Origin: Promethearchaeota archaeon
Lineage (GTDB): Archaea > Asgardarchaeota > Lokiarchaeia > Sigyniarchaeales > SOKP01
Reading direction: 5' to 3'
Assembly: GCA_016839555.1 (NCBI GenBank)
Contig: JAEOUA010000012.1
Location: 128,001-192,000 of the forward strand
DNA: 64,000 bases
Shown here piece by piece: positions 20,438 through 29,521 of this stretch. The notes below the pieces were generated by a model that was given only the letters and a program-made list of their open reading frames with translations, was not told where the DNA came from and searched no databases. The translations under genes and the position numbers were made by a program. Within the stretch, counting starts at the first letter, position 1. The number at the start of each line of letters is the position of its first letter.

Positions 20438-21593
20438 ATCTCCTTCTATAAAAAAAAATAAATGTGAAAATATTTAATATTAGACTTACTGCAAGTAGCA
20501 TATAAAAATGGAATCCAAAAACTGAAACTCCTTTTGTAAGAATTGATTGTATCATTGGACCACCGTGAGATAGAGGTAAAATATATGAAATTGCTTGAAG
20601 ATAAATGGGCATACTCTCTATTGGTACAAATGATCCAGATAACAAAATAATAATAACAAAGGAGGCCAAAAATAACTGGTTTGCCTCGGTTTTGGTCTTA
20701 CTTACGGAACTAATGAATGTCCCAATGCTTAAACCGCTATATCCAATCATATATATAGCTAAGAATAAATTTATTATTGTTCCTTTAACGAATAAACCAC
20801 CAAACAAGGCGGCAAGGACTATTCCTAGCTCTTGGATAAATAAAATAATCGAAAATGTTAGGAATTTCGCGAAAAGTATTTCTTTTCTCTTTATGGGTGT
20901 TAATAAGAGTCTCGGAATAGGTTTTTCTTTTACTATAATCAATATCGTTAAGACATTCGCAATACCAAATACCATTAGAGGAAGCATAACAACTAATGTT
21001 GAATTGAAGCCCTCATTGTATTCTTTGGGAATTGAAAATGGAGTAAAAGCATTAAGTTTTACTTGAGGGGTCAAATTATTATCATTAGTAAAAATTTTAA
21101 TTGAATCATATACTGCATTAAGATTATTTTGAATATCTGTAATTCGAGATGAATCGGGGATACAATTAATCAACCCCGGAAGCCCATTTACGAGCATTTC
21201 AGTAAAATCCACGGGTATTACAATTATACATTTTATTTCAGAATATAATAGTTGTTGTCTTGCTAATTCCATAGCATAAGGATACTTACTCGTATTATAA
21301 ATAGCTTTTGGAAATAAGTAAAAGGATTTAATTACAGCATCAATATAAGGTTTCGTATAATTATCAACTGCTATTTCCGTAAAATTATTCGGATTTATAT
21401 AAGCGTTGGAATCATTAGAGACAATAGCAACCGGTAATGGGGAAAAAGTAACTTTTTCTTGCTCCATTGATGAAAGCAATATAATTATACCCGGAGGTAA
21501 TAAAAGAGCTATTATTATATTCCAAGGATCTGTTCTTATTAATCTGAATTCTTTTTTAATCATTTTAAAAAATCTATAGGAACTATGTTTCAT
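20427..21593 (-). CDS. ABC-2 type permease
   Basis: IKKEFRLIRTD, one TM + extracellular loop + five TM, RLLLTPI, LLSGSFVPIESMP. Confidence 0.9.
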   Translation of the reverse strand: MKHSSYRFFKMIKKEFRLIRTDPWNIIIALLLPPGIIILLSSMEQEKVTFSPLPVAIVSNDSNAYINPNNFTEIAVDNYTKPYIDAVIKSFYLFPKAIYNTSKYPYAMELARQQLLYSEIKCIIVIPVDFTEMLVNGLPGLINCIPDSSRITDIQNNLNAVYDSIKIFTNDNNLTPQVKLNAFTPFSIPKEYNEGFNSTLVVMLPLMVFGIANVLTILIIVKEKPIPRLLLTPIKRKEILFAKFLTFSIILFIQELGIVLAALFGGLFVKGTIINLFLAIYMIGYSGLSIGTFISSVSKTKTEANQLFLASFVIIILLSGSFVPIESMPIYLQAISYILPLSHGGPMIQSILTKGVSVFGFHFYMLLAVSLILNIFTFIFFYRRRYEV

Positions 21594-21659
21594 ATTCCTG
21601 AAAGTTTCCTTGGTTTTACGAATTAATTTCTCCTTTATCTCATTTATATCGGGGATAAA

Positions 21660-22814
21660 TTACACCTCCACTTTTTTAAATAAAAATATTATATACGATA
21701 AAATGAGATATACACTACTTAAAATTAATAAACCTAAAAATGCCATTAGATTTAATGGTAATCCCTTAAACGTAATATCGTAAATGAGGGGGATGGCATG
21801 AGCTAAGGGAAATATATATACAATTGCTCGCATAATAGTGGGCAATCCTTCTGGATCAATGTAAATACCAGAAAATAGCATGATTACCACGAAAAGGATC
21901 ATATATAATTGATTCGCTTGCTGTTCCGTACCACTAAGTGAAGATATAAACAAACCTATTGATACCCCTGCCAGCCCCACGCCAAGTAGGACTAAAAGCA
22001 ACTCAAATAAGGAACCAAGAGCATATAATCCAAATAACGCTGTGCCTATAAAAATTTCACCTGCTTGTAATACCATAATCAGAACATTCGCAATTAATTT
22101 ACTTAAGACAATGGAACCTTTTGAGGCAGGAGTAATTAACATTCTTGGTAATGGTTCATCAGATACTATTGAAAGACATGCTAAATTCATTGTTGTCCCA
22201 ATAATAATTAGGGGAATGGTTAATGGAAACGCATAATTTAGCGTTTGTTTTTCCCAAAAGGGGACTTCAAATTCTAAATAAGGTATAACAGCAGTTAAAT
22301 TCTCCGTTATCTCTATCTTTTGCCTAAAAGAAGCTATAGGTTCTTGCATTGCAACTTGAATGGCATCAGTAGCTTGTGAATCAGATCCATCAACAAAATA
22401 TGCGATATAACTTGAAGTTTTATTTTCAATGCTTTCAGAAAAATCTTCTGGTAATACTAAAAAGACATCAATTTCTTCATTTTGAAGTAAATCCATATTC
22501 TTTTCATATGCATATAAAAATAGCGCTCCAGATGAGCAAGGATAATAGCCTTGGAAGCCAAAGGAACCAAGGCCCTCTACAAAGACTTTGGCAAAATCAT
22601 CCTCATATTCGGAAGTATTAGAGGGGTAATTACCATAAGTAGGCATCTCATCTATCGAAATAATGCTCGCATTGAAAAATTTGGTAACACTTCCCCCCGT
22701 AGTTAATCCAAAAATAACAATTAAAATGATAGGAATTGAGAATAATAATATAAGGGAGCGCTTATCTGCTCTGATTCTCCCAAGTTCCTTTCGTACTAAG
22801 GTGCTGAGCTTCAT
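21660..22814 (-). CDS. ABC-2 type permease
   Basis: VRKELGRIRAD, RMLITPA, FSGIYIDPEGLP; paralogous to the adjacent permease. Confidence 0.9.
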   Translation of the reverse strand: MKLSTLVRKELGRIRADKRSLILLFSIPIILIVIFGLTTGGSVTKFFNASIISIDEMPTYGNYPSNTSEYEDDFAKVFVEGLGSFGFQGYYPCSSGALFLYAYEKNMDLLQNEEIDVFLVLPEDFSESIENKTSSYIAYFVDGSDSQATDAIQVAMQEPIASFRQKIEITENLTAVIPYLEFEVPFWEKQTLNYAFPLTIPLIIIGTTMNLACLSIVSDEPLPRMLITPASKGSIVLSKLIANVLIMVLQAGEIFIGTALFGLYALGSLFELLLVLLGVGLAGVSIGLFISSLSGTEQQANQLYMILFVVIMLFSGIYIDPEGLPTIMRAIVYIFPLAHAIPLIYDITFKGLPLNLMAFLGLLILSSVYLILSYIIFLFKKVEV

Positions 22815-22990
22815 ATTAGAATTAATAATTAATAATTAATAATAAAAGACAAATGATAAAAAATAAAAATTAATTTAATTATAAAATTCGAAATTAAAAA
22901 TTTTGTCTTCTCTTATTCCACACTCATATTTCAAATATTTAATTGAAATTCCATTTCTATTATATAAAAAACCTAGAAAGATACTCTTAA

Positions 22991-24121
22991 TTATAGAATG
23001 GACTTTCTATTCTGAAATTTATGAAGTCTCTTTAAAGCTTCTAATTTTTCTTGCTTTTCTAAACGAGACTGATCAATGGCATCTTTTAATATTTGTGCGC
23101 ATTTTTCCATTCTTTGTAGATTAACCGGATAAGGGATACCATCTTTTCCTCCTACTGCATAGCTATATTTTGCTGGATCCTTCCAACTTGGAGCTTCTCC
23201 CCAAATAAATTCTGAGATTAAAGCTAAGGCCCTAATCATTCCAGGTCCTAAACCTTCAATTTTCAATAAATCAGTATAGTCGTTTAATCCGATTTGCTTT
23301 GCCATATCAACGCTTTCCCATTTTAGAGTGAAAGGAATTGGCATATCGAGACGAGGAATCTTTTTTACCTTAATTGCTTTTTCTGGCATAGCAAAATCAT
23401 AAAGGCTTTTTTGTGAAGTGTCTTTTAACCTATGGAGATATCTTTTAATTCTCTTCGCTCCTTCATTAATTAAATCTAGAGACACCTTTCGAGATTCATG
23501 ACTTTTGGAACTTACCATATCCAAAACTTTATTTTTATAGACTTCTGTTGTAATATCTTTATGAGGATCATCAATAAAACTCTTAAGTCCTGAATGCCAA
23601 TGATATCTTCTCGCTTTCTTAATAGTTCCATCAAGACCTTGTTGAACAATCCCCCATTTATCTTCCGAAACAATCATGAGGTGATGGTATAATGAAAAGC
23701 CATCTTGCAGAGCAACATTATCAATCTTAGCAACTAATCGACTAATTTCGGCCAAATCATTCACATTATCTTCATTATAATCTAAAATATTAGCATTTTT
23801 ATTTAGATGCTCCCTAACTTTTGTAGCATTTTTCCCTTTTCCACCCGCTATAATTAATCCATGCTCCTTAGGCTTTATTATTTGCTTGAGAATACCTCCC
23901 AATACCGTTGTGCATCCGCTTGAATGCCAATCAAAGCCTAAAATACACGCTAGCCCTTGAAACCAATAAGTGTCAGATAAGCGCTTAATAATTCCATTGG
24001 GCCCCTCAAAATCATATAAGATATCAAAAATAGGTTTTCCTAAGGATATCATCCTCCTCAATAACCAGTGAGGCGCCTTAGAGCTATGTAATGGAAGCGT
24101 TGCTATCCCTACTTTACTCAT
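22991..24121 (-). CDS. DUF763 family protein
   Basis: ATLPLH..APHWL, GFDWHSSG, QDGFSLYHH, DPAKYSYAVGGKDGIPYPV. Confidence 0.88.
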   Translation of the reverse strand: MSKVGIATLPLHSSKAPHWLLRRMISLGKPIFDILYDFEGPNGIIKRLSDTYWFQGLACILGFDWHSSGCTTVLGGILKQIIKPKEHGLIIAGGKGKNATKVREHLNKNANILDYNEDNVNDLAEISRLVAKIDNVALQDGFSLYHHLMIVSEDKWGIVQQGLDGTIKKARRYHWHSGLKSFIDDPHKDITTEVYKNKVLDMVSSKSHESRKVSLDLINEGAKRIKRYLHRLKDTSQKSLYDFAMPEKAIKVKKIPRLDMPIPFTLKWESVDMAKQIGLNDYTDLLKIEGLGPGMIRALALISEFIWGEAPSWKDPAKYSYAVGGKDGIPYPVNLQRMEKCAQILKDAIDQSRLEKQEKLEALKRLHKFQNRKSIL

Positions 24122-24333
24122 AATAATATACTAAAACAAGCTTTTATTTACTATAATTTTTTATTAATCCAAATTATAATAGCCTATAAAAGTATTAAAA
24201 AGCCCAGATACTAAGGAATTTGTAATTTACCTTCATTTTTATGTTTTTTAGAAATTTATTTAAGTTATATTAAAATACTTAAGTATTGAAATCAATTTTT
24301 TTTGATTTAAAAAAAATCAAATGGGATGAATTT

Positions 24334-24750
24334 ATGGTACATATAGAAAGAAAGATAGAAATTAACGCACCTGTAAATGGAGTGTTTGATATTTTGGATG
24401 AGCCCGAGAAATTTGCCATTTGGAATATTACAGTAAATTCTGTTGACATAATTGAGCCTAAGAAGTCAGGATTTGTCAAATCTACTGTTGGAGATTTTAC
24501 ATCCACTAGATATGAGGTTGTTAAAAATGATAGAATATTTTATAATATAGAAGGTGGTGTCTTTGATAAAATGGGATATTCATTGAAAATAAAGGGAGAT
24601 GGAACTGAAGCAACCCTCTGGGCAGAATTTAAGGATGAGAGCAAAGAGAAAATGCTCCTGAAAGCTGGGGAAATACTATTAGATTGTCTCAAGAAATATG
24701 CCGAGTTTTTAGAAAGCGGTGGAAATCCTGCAGAGTATAAAAAAAAATAA
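24334..24750 (+). CDS. SRPBCC/START-fold protein
   Basis: IEINAPVNGVFDIL..WNITVN..LKKYAEFLESGG; paralog of 6262-6678; ATG 24334 preferred over TTG 24286. Confidence 0.75.
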   Translation: MVHIERKIEINAPVNGVFDILDEPEKFAIWNITVNSVDIIEPKKSGFVKSTVGDFTSTRYEVVKNDRIFYNIEGGVFDKMGYSLKIKGDGTEATLWAEFKDESKEKMLLKAGEILLDCLKKYAEFLESGGNPAEYKKK

Positions 24751-25129
24751 GGTTCTTGAATTCTGTGTAATTTTAAATCCTCTTTTTTTTATTTATTGAT
24801 AAAAAAAATTAAGCTTTTTCCTTTTCCAGTAGCTCATCAATACTAAAATTCCTATCACTAAAATTGCTATTATTAATTAGTAATTTTAAATTTCTATATT
24901 TCTAAGAAATTTTTAAACCTCTTTATTCATATAACTTCATTTTTTATAGATAAAAATAAATTTAATTCAAAATTAGTATTTTTTATTTTTAACTTTAATT
25001 ATAATCTAAAAAAAGGAGATAAGCAGATTTTAAATTAAAATGCAATAATAATATTTTTAGGATTTTTATAATTATCTTTATGAGATTAGATTATAAACAA
25101 ATAATAATAGTATTTATGTCGGTGAATAT

Positions 25130-26074
25130 ATGGATTTTTTTACACATTTAGTTATTGGAGCACTTGTATATGCGATTTTCTTCAAGGGAATTACCTGGAA
25201 TTACTTATTTTATGCAATTTTTTTCGCAATTTTACCTGATTTAGATATTTTCCTTTCCCCTTTAAAACGGAAATTCAAATCTGTTTATCTTGAGCATCGT
25301 TCGGGTTCCCATTCTTATGTTATAGGGACTATTGCATCCGCATTAATAGGTGGTATATATTCTCTTTTCACAAACCAGTCATTTTTGATTATTTGGATGA
25401 TTGGAACAATTTTTTATGGAATTCATGTATCTCTTGATTTACTCACGACTACAAAAATCCCCTGTTTTTATCCCTTTTCCAAGAAGGAATTTTGTTTTTA
25501 TGCGGAAAAGGCTGGGAGCTCATTTACTTTAATAATTTCTTTGATCTTTCTAGTAAATATAGCAATAGTATATTTTAATAGCCCAAATAAATCAACTTCC
25601 TTTTTAGTAATTAATATCTATACTTATTTTTTCCTAATTTACTATCTCTATCGGATAATAACAAAATTCTGGATTGATCATCATTTAAATGAAGATCAGA
25701 AATACATTCCGGGAATTTTACCCATTTATTTCTATATTTTTGAAAAAAAGATAATTGACAATACATTATCATTTTCTCTTAAGAAAAAGTCTCATTTTTC
25801 ACGAACTAAATTAATTTATAAGAATAATTCAAACTTAACACCTCAGGAAATGATGCTTTTCTCAAGAGGAATGGAACTCTGTTCAGAAGATTATTATTTG
25901 GCAAAATGGACTGCATTTCCAGAATTTTTAAGAATGGATGGTATATTTTCTATTAAATTTTTCTTCTTAGAACCTATGACTCGCTTAAAAGCGATGTATC
26001 TTCAAATTGATTTTGATGTAGATACTGGACAGATATATAGTTTAAATCAAAAGTTTGGACCAATTAAAACATGA
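25130..26074 (+). CDS. Membrane-bound metal-dependent hydrolase (YdjM family)
   Basis: MDFFTH, LPDLD, HRSGSHS, HVSLDLLT; several TM helices. Confidence 0.85.
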   Translation: MDFFTHLVIGALVYAIFFKGITWNYLFYAIFFAILPDLDIFLSPLKRKFKSVYLEHRSGSHSYVIGTIASALIGGIYSLFTNQSFLIIWMIGTIFYGIHVSLDLLTTTKIPCFYPFSKKEFCFYAEKAGSSFTLIISLIFLVNIAIVYFNSPNKSTSFLVINIYTYFFLIYYLYRIITKFWIDHHLNEDQKYIPGILPIYFYIFEKKIIDNTLSFSLKKKSHFSRTKLIYKNNSNLTPQEMMLFSRGMELCSEDYYLAKWTAFPEFLRMDGIFSIKFFFLEPMTRLKAMYLQIDFDVDTGQIYSLNQKFGPIKT

Positions 26075-26666
26075 TTTTTCTTTCAGAATTTCCTTCTAAT
26101 CATTATTATTATGTTGCTAAGACATGTTTTTTTAAATTATATTTTTCCACTAGATATTTATAAAACCCAAATATTTTTTTCAAATTTAATGCCCCTAACT
26201 TCTCAATATGGATGTCAAAATCAAGATTTTCTTCCATTCTTTTTCATTCATTTCTTTTTTTCCTTAATTTTTATTAAAATTAATACAATCTCTTGTTTTA
26301 TAGATTAAAATTATAAAAAATATAACAGAAAATTATTCAATATAAAAATTCATAATTAGCCATTGCACACGTTCTATTCGTGCCAACGCCAAGCCCAAAA
26401 CCAAGTTTCGTTAAAAAAATAGGTCATTTTTTTTATTGAAATATTATATCATATTCTTGGTTTGTTTATTCTATGGAATAAAGGTAGCTTGAATTGATAT
26501 TTTATTAAATAATAACAATTTTAGTTGATGATGATTTTTTAAAATGTGATTACAATTATCAATTAAATTAAAATCAAAGATTTACAAAAAGAATGCAAAT
26601 AATTAAATAAATTCTTTATTATATATGAAGAAATCTTAAATTTAAATATCCAAAGGAACTTTATGC

Positions 26667-26680
26667 GAACTCTAGAGTTC
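26667..26680. promoter_or_regulatory. Perfect 14-bp palindrome GAACTCTAGAGTTC, candidate operator
   Basis: Inverted repeat about 70 bp upstream of the methyltransferase/HgcAB-like pair. Confidence 0.3.
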
Positions 26681-26752
26681 ATAGTTAAAAATTGAACTAC
26701 TAAAACTGTTTTTACATAAAATTAAAATATAGAAATATGAGGTGATAAATGA

Positions 26753-27427
26753 ATGTCTTATGTATATATGAAAGCTTTGGAAAATAAAGCCGAAAAATAT
26801 GATAAAGGAATAAAACTGTTAACATTAGGTAAGTTGCCTAAAATTAAGCAAGAGATTGTTGATAATTACATTGAAAAAAATAATATTTTATTAGATATAG
26901 GTATGGGAACGGGAACATTTACAATTTTATGTGCTAAAAAAGGAGCTCAAGTGACAGGTATTGATTTCTCAGAAAAAATGCTTGAAATAGCGAATAGACA
27001 CATAAAAGATGAAGAATTAAATGGAACAATTAATATTATTAAAATGCCTATTGTTAATTTAGATAAACAATTTTCAGATAATTCATTTGACAAAATTACG
27101 TCGATTTTGTGTTTTAGCGAATTATATCAAAAAGAACAAGATTATGCTTTAGATCAAATTGCGAGGATACTGAAGGATAATGGCGAATTTATTTTAGTTG
27201 ATGAGGTCAAACCTAAGAATATATTGAAAAAGATACTATATTTTATGATACGAATACCAATTTCACTCATAAATTTTCTAAAAGCTCATATTTCTACTAA
27301 ACCATTAAAAAATTTTGAGGAAAAAATTAGTGAACATAATTTTCAGGTAATAGAAGAAAAATTATACTTACTTGACACATTAAAACTTATACGAATAAAA
27401 AAAAATTTAGCTAATAAGGAGGATTAG
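26753..27427 (+). CDS. Class I SAM-dependent methyltransferase associated with a corrinoid protein
   Basis: LLDIGMGTG, VTGIDFSEKML, FSDNSFD; GAGGTGA SD; 2 bp before the corrinoid gene. Confidence 0.88.
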   Translation: MSYVYMKALENKAEKYDKGIKLLTLGKLPKIKQEIVDNYIEKNNILLDIGMGTGTFTILCAKKGAQVTGIDFSEKMLEIANRHIKDEELNGTINIIKMPIVNLDKQFSDNSFDKITSILCFSELYQKEQDYALDQIARILKDNGEFILVDEVKPKNILKKILYFMIRIPISLINFLKAHISTKPLKNFEEKISEHNFQVIEEKLYLLDTLKLIRIKKNLANKED

Positions 27428-27429
27428 AA

Positions 27430-28521
27430 TTGAGTTTAAAATCAACATTAAAGTTATTTCTAGCATATTTTTTTCGCTTTGTTGGCTTTCCCGTTGAGCC
27501 AGAGTTAAGGAAAATTGGGAATCCCAATCAGCACAGTCCCGTTCTAGTTACTGCAAATTTTAATTTAACAGTAAAAAGACTGTTAAAGAAATTGAAGGGA
27601 TTAGATTGTTATCTTCTAATTGCCCCTTCGAATGGAATAAATGTGTGGTGTGGAGCGTGCGGAGGTGATTTTACTACAGATTCCGTAATCTCGATTATTA
27701 AAACAAGTGGGATAGATCAGCTTGTTTCTCACCGAACATTAATTCTACCTCAATTAAGCGCTTCAGGTATTGATCCTACAATCTTAAAAAAAGAATTAGG
27801 TTGGGATGCAAAATTTGGAACTGTATATGCAAAGGATATTAAAGAATATTTTAAAAATAATTTTAAAAAAACAGACACTCAGAGGAGGATACGATTTCCT
27901 TTAAAAAAAAGACTTGAAATGGCGAATGCATATTATTTCATCTTACTCATACTATTCTCAATCCCATATTGGATTTTTGCAATATTTTTCTCAAGTTTAG
28001 ATTGGATACTTTATTTAGATACACTATTAATCGGTTTTATTATCGTATATGGCTCTCTTGCCATATTACCGAGCATCCCCTCTAACTCAGGGAAAGCAAA
28101 AGTATTGATATTTGGAGCTGGAATCCTTATCCTTATAGTTCTCTTATATATGTTTGTTTATAACAATTTATTTTATTTAATTTGGAATATTATTACTGTC
28201 TTATTTGTAACCCTCGTTATGGCAGAAGATTTTCATGGAATAACACCAATATATAAGAGTGATCTAGGAGAGAAATCGTGGAAAAAGGGAAAAAATAAGA
28301 TGAAGATGATTTTCGGGACATTTAAACTTCAACCTTATGGAGATCTCAAATTAATTAGGGAAGAATGTATTGGCTGCAAAGTATGTATAGATGTTTGTCC
28401 AAGGGAAGTCTATATGTTTAATGAGATAGACAAAAAAGTTGATATAAATAACCCAAATAGATGTATTAATTGCAATGCATGTATTAAGCGATGTTTAGCT
28501 CAATGTCTTAAAATTGTTTAA
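27430..28521 (+). CDS. Fused HgcAB-like protein: CdhD-like corrinoid domain + TM helices + 2x[4Fe-4S] ferredoxin
   Basis: SPVLVTANFNLT, GINVWCGACGGDF, LILPQLSA, four TM helices, CIGCKVCIDVCP and CINCNACIKRC. Confidence 0.87.
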   Translation: MSLKSTLKLFLAYFFRFVGFPVEPELRKIGNPNQHSPVLVTANFNLTVKRLLKKLKGLDCYLLIAPSNGINVWCGACGGDFTTDSVISIIKTSGIDQLVSHRTLILPQLSASGIDPTILKKELGWDAKFGTVYAKDIKEYFKNNFKKTDTQRRIRFPLKKRLEMANAYYFILLILFSIPYWIFAIFFSSLDWILYLDTLLIGFIIVYGSLAILPSIPSNSGKAKVLIFGAGILILIVLLYMFVYNNLFYLIWNIITVLFVTLVMAEDFHGITPIYKSDLGEKSWKKGKNKMKMIFGTFKLQPYGDLKLIREECIGCKVCIDVCPREVYMFNEIDKKVDINNPNRCINCNACIKRCLAQCLKIV

Positions 28522-28619
28522 ATTATAATGTATCTGATATTCTAATAGTATTAAATTCATAAAACTTTTAATATAGAAAACAATTAAGATTTTTTCTATA
28601 TTTATATCAAAATCCATAA

Positions 28620-28865
28620 CTAATTCTCCTTCTTTATAGTAGTTTTTATACGAAAAACAAATTTTACCATTTTAATTTCCATTTTTTGGAAATCTTTTAA
28701 ATTTTCCTTAATAATATGAACCATAGCAGAGCCTATAATAACTCCATTAGCTCCCGTGCTTATTATCGTGCGTGCATGTTCGGGTTTTGAACTACCAAAA
28801 CCAATAAATATAAGTAATTTCTCTTGAATCTTATGTTTAATTCTCTGAATAATAAAGGGTTGAAA
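28620..28865 (-). pseudogene. trpA: 3' relic of tryptophan synthase alpha subunit
   Basis: Manual translation IIQRIKHKIQEKLLIFIGFGSSKPEHARTIISTGANGVIIGSAMVHII..; no start codon ahead of the conserved block; not in ORF track. Confidence 0.75.
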
Positions 28866-28866
28866 A

Positions 28867-29448
28867 CTATCCCAATTTATATATTTTCCAATAACTCATT
28901 AAAACTAATAAATAATGAATTACTATGCAGAAAATTAATCCCAAATGAAACAAAATAAATGCATTTAAGAGCCCTAGAAGAAAAGTATAAACCAGATAGA
29001 CACATACAATTTTTATATCTTTAAGGACAAACCATATATAAATATGATATATAGAAAAAATAATACTTGATAAAATAATTACATTTATCATTTCTAAATA
29101 TTGAATTAATGCTCCTGCTATGTAAAATCTGAAAATCATTTCATCTATTATCATTGATAATAAAAAACTTCTATAAAGTGCTTTATAGTTCTTATTAATA
29201 AAGGCTTTAACAACCTCATGCTTCTTCATCTTTTCAAAGTGCTGAGTCTTAAAAAAAGGCGTTAAAAATAAGATTCCAAAGATAAGAAGAAATATTATCC
29301 CTAAAATAATTATAATAAGATCCACTAATGAAATATTGCTGGGAAAAATAAACTCTTTATTAAATCCAAAAATAAGAGGGATTATTAAAATAATAACAAT
29401 TATAAGCTTAATTCTATAATCTAGGTTGATATTATCTGACTCGCTCAA
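28867..29448 (-). CDS. CPBP (CAAX protease/Abi/Rce1-like) intramembrane glutamic endopeptidase
   Basis: IIDEMIFR, IFSIYH, VIHY motifs in a multi-TM protein. Confidence 0.78.
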   Translation of the reverse strand: MSESDNINLDYRIKLIIVIILIIPLIFGFNKEFIFPSNISLVDLIIIILGIIFLLIFGILFLTPFFKTQHFEKMKKHEVVKAFINKNYKALYRSFLLSMIIDEMIFRFYIAGALIQYLEMINVIILSSIIFSIYHIYIWFVLKDIKIVCVYLVYTFLLGLLNAFILFHLGLIFCIVIHYLLVLMSYWKIYKLG

Positions 29449-29521
29449 GGTTTTATCTTATAGTTTATATGAAATCAATAGTAGAACTATTATATATCTA
29501 AATATCTTATTATAATTTAAT

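Noticed and set aside
26111-26308. 65-aa plus-strand ORF (likewise 40610-40801 and 22903-23124)
   Set aside because: Low-complexity F/I/L/K composition expected by chance in AT-rich spacers; no SD or motif
27430-28521. Bona fide mercury methylase hgcA/hgcB
   Set aside because: The cap motif is NVWCGACGG rather than NVWCAAGK, the gene is fused, and the HgcB terminal cysteines are absent
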